From Podarcis gaigeae (taxonomy: Eukaryota), in assembly GCA_964106915.2 (NCBI GenBank), contig OZ066915.1: DNA of 64,000 bases; one strand, written 5' to 3'. The translations under genes were made by a program, and so were the position numbers. The notes under the pieces are model-generated. The model worked only from the letters and a program-made list of their open reading frames with translations. It did not search any database and was not told the origin of the DNA. This document shows positions 38,768 through 64,000 of the stretch, in pieces (position 1 is the first letter of the stretch; every line of letters starts with the position of its first letter).

Positions 38768-40013
38768 TGACGTAGCATCATCCCCTTTCTCCCCAGGGTT
38801 TGATGCACTCTCAAGAAAGCTGTCATCACAAATCTCTTACTTTAACTTAATAAATGCCCTCTAAAACACTTTTTGTACTAAGAGATGAAGGGAATTGCAA
38901 TGCAGTTTCACTTCGCATTCCTGAATAATGGTTCTGTGCATGCCTCCATGGCCGCCAACGGAAAATGGGAAGAAGATATAGGCTCCTTCCTACGTGTTCT
39001 TCTGGCTCTTGCTGGGTGAAGCTGCTGAACCCTGTCTGCAAGTTTGGCAGCTGTCTTAGGAGAGTCACTTTGAATAAAAAGTTCTTTATAGAAAGACTGA
39101 ATCTCTGTATGTCTTTCAGTAAAGGTATCTGGGTGTCTTCAGAGATGCAAGTTATATTTCGCTTGTCCTTGGACTGAAGATCTGTTTTATCCAGGTGGGT
39201 CCTTCTGCACTGCTTTCTTCTCTCATTGCTCTGGTTTGCACATCACATTAAACCATATTAAAATAAACTATTGTTTAGTGTGAATGGGCTGCTAAAAGCG
39301 TGGGTGCAAGACAGATGGCTGAACAGGCCTTTGATTTGCTGGAATATATCCTGCAGTTTTATGAAGACGGGAGAAAAGTAGTTTGGTGCTGCAGGTGAAC
39401 AGCCTGCCGTGATCTCTTTTTTACATTTTGTCAGACTTCTTGGGACTTCTGAAAACTAAAAGTACAATCCACCCGCCCCCCCCCCCAAGAACTCTGTAAT
39501 TCTGGCAGTCCCATTGTGTAATCACCCAGTGCATTGAAAGCTTGATAGTTCAATATTCAAAATCCAACGTACTTTCACAGTGTTCTGTTCTTGCTGGGCA
39601 TGACCCTGTTCCATAAATGACTACCCATTTTACACTCTGTTCCGAGAAACCTTTTTTAATTGCATTTATACCTTTGAGGCAGCACTTGCCTCAGTGTCCA
39701 AGGGAACACTGCTTGGCATGTTAAGAGGGATAGAAATAGAGGAATCTGATGTGTATGTGGGGAGGGGGACTTTGTGGGTAGTACTGCTTGCATCCTATGG
39801 GGAAGCAGTGCCAGGGCTTAGTGGATTTGAGAAACAAGGTGTGTGCTTGTGTCTTGGGTAGTAGGACTTGACAAATATCTCATGCAAGGACATTGAAAGA
39901 ACCTCGTTATCAAAAATATTTGTAGATTACATCCCTACTGCTGGGTGGAGGAAATGTGAGGTTAAAGCAAAGCATGGTAGATTTGGGAGAGGAGGTCTTG
40001 CAGATCTGTGCCT

Positions 40014-62053
<22,040 letters not shown>

Positions 62054-62214
62054 TGTGAAACACCCCTCCTGTAAGTACTGCTCAAAATAGGTTCCTTCCC
62101 CCAGCGAAAAAGCTGTTTATCCCCTTGAGTTGGTGGTACAGGACCTGTCGGCGCTGTGCACTTTCCCTGCCCTCTGGCCACTCTGACAGTCCTGATGCCC
62201 GCTGCTCTTAGTGA

Positions 62215-62220
62215 TTTATA
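62215..62220 (-). promoter_or_regulatory. TATA box (TATAAA) upstream of the candidate PCP2 first exon
   Basis: tttata on +; no ATG between it and 62053; TAATC/GATTA homeobox sites at 62362, 62375, 62580. Confidence 0.5.
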
Positions 62221-63856
62221 CAGAACTACAGCAGCAAGCACCCCCTCGCCGGCTCAGTGCCACCCTCTCCCCCGCACAGCCTCACTCTCTCCACACAGGA
62301 GATCAAAATCCATATTTTAATAAACACAGGCGTCCAATCTGCTCCCTCCATCGGATCCCCGTAATCTGCATAAAGATTATCCTGGATAATTGTCTCAAAA
62401 GAGCCAACACACACTTTGTTAGTGAGTGTGTGTGTGCTTATGTGTTCCCATGTGTGCACATGCACATGTGTTGCACCACAAGGAAACTGAGGAAAGCACA
62501 TGCCTTTCCTTCTCGCCACTACATTTGTTTTGATCTGGCATCATCCAGGCTGCTAGCACAGTCCTTGTTTCCCTTGCCCTAATCAAGCCATGATCCGACT
62601 TCTCGTGATGTCCACTTTCAAATCAGATGTACTACACCTCTGACATGATACGACACTACTCATTTCGGGGCCTGGTAGCTGAGTCAGCTACAGGCCTTAG
62701 TCCTTGGCCAGCCACTGTGAATTCTGGCTCAAGCTGACACACAGCCCTCTGGGGTGATGTGGGAGGTAAGACTTGGCCCAGTCAAGAATGCACTGCTACA
62801 CATATGTGTGAACACCCTTCCTAGAGATATAAAAGGCCTACACTAATAAATGCTTGGCACAATAGTGACAGGAAGAAAGTCACTGGCCTGTACTAAGTAG
62901 GTAGCAATAAAGTGAATTAATCTCTAATTTGTTACTTCATTAACAGTTATCTGAGCATGGAATTTCCTTTCTTATGCTCTTAGCTCACTCATATATTTAG
63001 CCCCCCACATTACAAATGAGGAAATTATTCTGACAGTGTTCTGCCACACCCCTATAGAAGTAAAAGGGTAATAGGAAACAGCCAATGTTCTCTTAGGTAA
63101 GCAGGATCTTTCGATCCTGTCTTTATACTTTCCCTTCTCATAGTGGGACACGGGGATAAAATTGAACCAGGTAGTGGATTTGGTGAGCCCTTATTTCTGG
63201 CCCATGGAATAAAAGCTGAAATATATGAGTTGTGGCCAAGAAGCTTGTGTTCTGGATGTGCTTGCTGCGTGAAGCATATAAGTGTTTAAATTGTGGGAAG
63301 CCCTTTCTTGTGTAGAAGTTAAACTTGGAAGGTTGATGGTAGATGGGGATTGTCTGCAGCAGCTGTAAGGTTCTTAAGGGAAAAGGTAGGCTTTCATAGC
63401 AAAGAAGTATATGGGGGAAAGGGCTGGGAAAGTTATTAGTCATGAACTATTTACAGATGAGGGCTGGTGGAGAAAGCAGGTACACAGGCCGGCCCAGTCC
63501 ACTGAGCCTAAATACATCTGCAGTATGAGGAAGAGCAGCTGAGTGTCAAAGGTTGACCTGGTCCAGCTGGTGCAGTTGGCCAGCTGTTGAGTTCAACAGG
63601 TGGCAAGTGGATCTTTTGAAACACAGGGATGCCAAGGGATTTGTACAGCTTTGCAAGAGCAACTGTGGCCCTAACTTCTGCCTCCAGATTAAAGCAGAGC
63701 CATATTGTTACTCTAGGCAACTTGCCCAGCAAATGTTGGCAGCAGGGTCCGGAATAGGGTGCACAGGACTAGTAAGGTGAGTAGAAATTGACAAACAGGG
63801 TAGCCTGATGAAGGACAGAGGAGAGGCTTGGGGGACGGGTCATGTCACTCACTCAC

Positions 63857-64000
63857 TGAATGAGGCATCTTGGTATTCTTGGTGCTGGTGTAGCGGGTGC
63901 TGGCATCATAGTCACCAAGAAAGGCACTAGGCAAGGCTTGGTACTGGCGCCCAGGCATGGACAGAGCCCTGAGAGAGCACAGGAAGAACTTCCGTGGACG
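63857..64000 (-). CDS. Candidate upstream exon of the PCP2/GPSM-like gene, cut by the window edge (RPRKFFLCSLRALSMPGRQYQALPSAFLGDYDASTRYTSTKNTKMPHS)
   Basis: 48 open codons ending at a consensus gtgagt donor in phase 0; loose similarity to the GPSM1/2 linker. Confidence 0.55.

Overview
Vertebrate genomic DNA, almost certainly a squamate and probably a lacertid lizard (full-length Sauria-type SINE, L2/L1/CR1-SINE and hAT/Tigger MITE landscape). It carries the conserved block CAMSAP3(+) >< XAB2(-) <> PET100(+) >< PCP2(-). I rebuilt the exons by hand from GT-AG sites and phase continuity: the 3' 16 coding exons of CAMSAP3 (1523-17571), all 19 of XAB2 (36195-20290, 852 aa) and all 4 of PET100 (36473-38767, 74 aa), the last two sharing a 277-bp bidirectional CpG promoter. 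The PCP2/GoLoco locus is the most interesting part, as it looks much larger than the small mammalian gene. Besides the two GoLoco exons it has a phase-compatible terminal exon (40202-40014) resembling the last GoLoco4 exon of GPSM1/GPSM2, and an open, donor-terminated exon running off the window edge (64000-63857) resembling the GPSM1/2 TPR-GoLoco linker. Candidate internal first exons (62053, 59138) and alternative last exons (48566, 43071) are also present. This suggests a full AGS3/LGN-type paralog whose internal-promoter short forms correspond to mammalian PCP2. I also see a candidate third CAMSAP3 microexon and several nested TE insertions with readable TSDs. Homology comparisons are from memory, not from a search.
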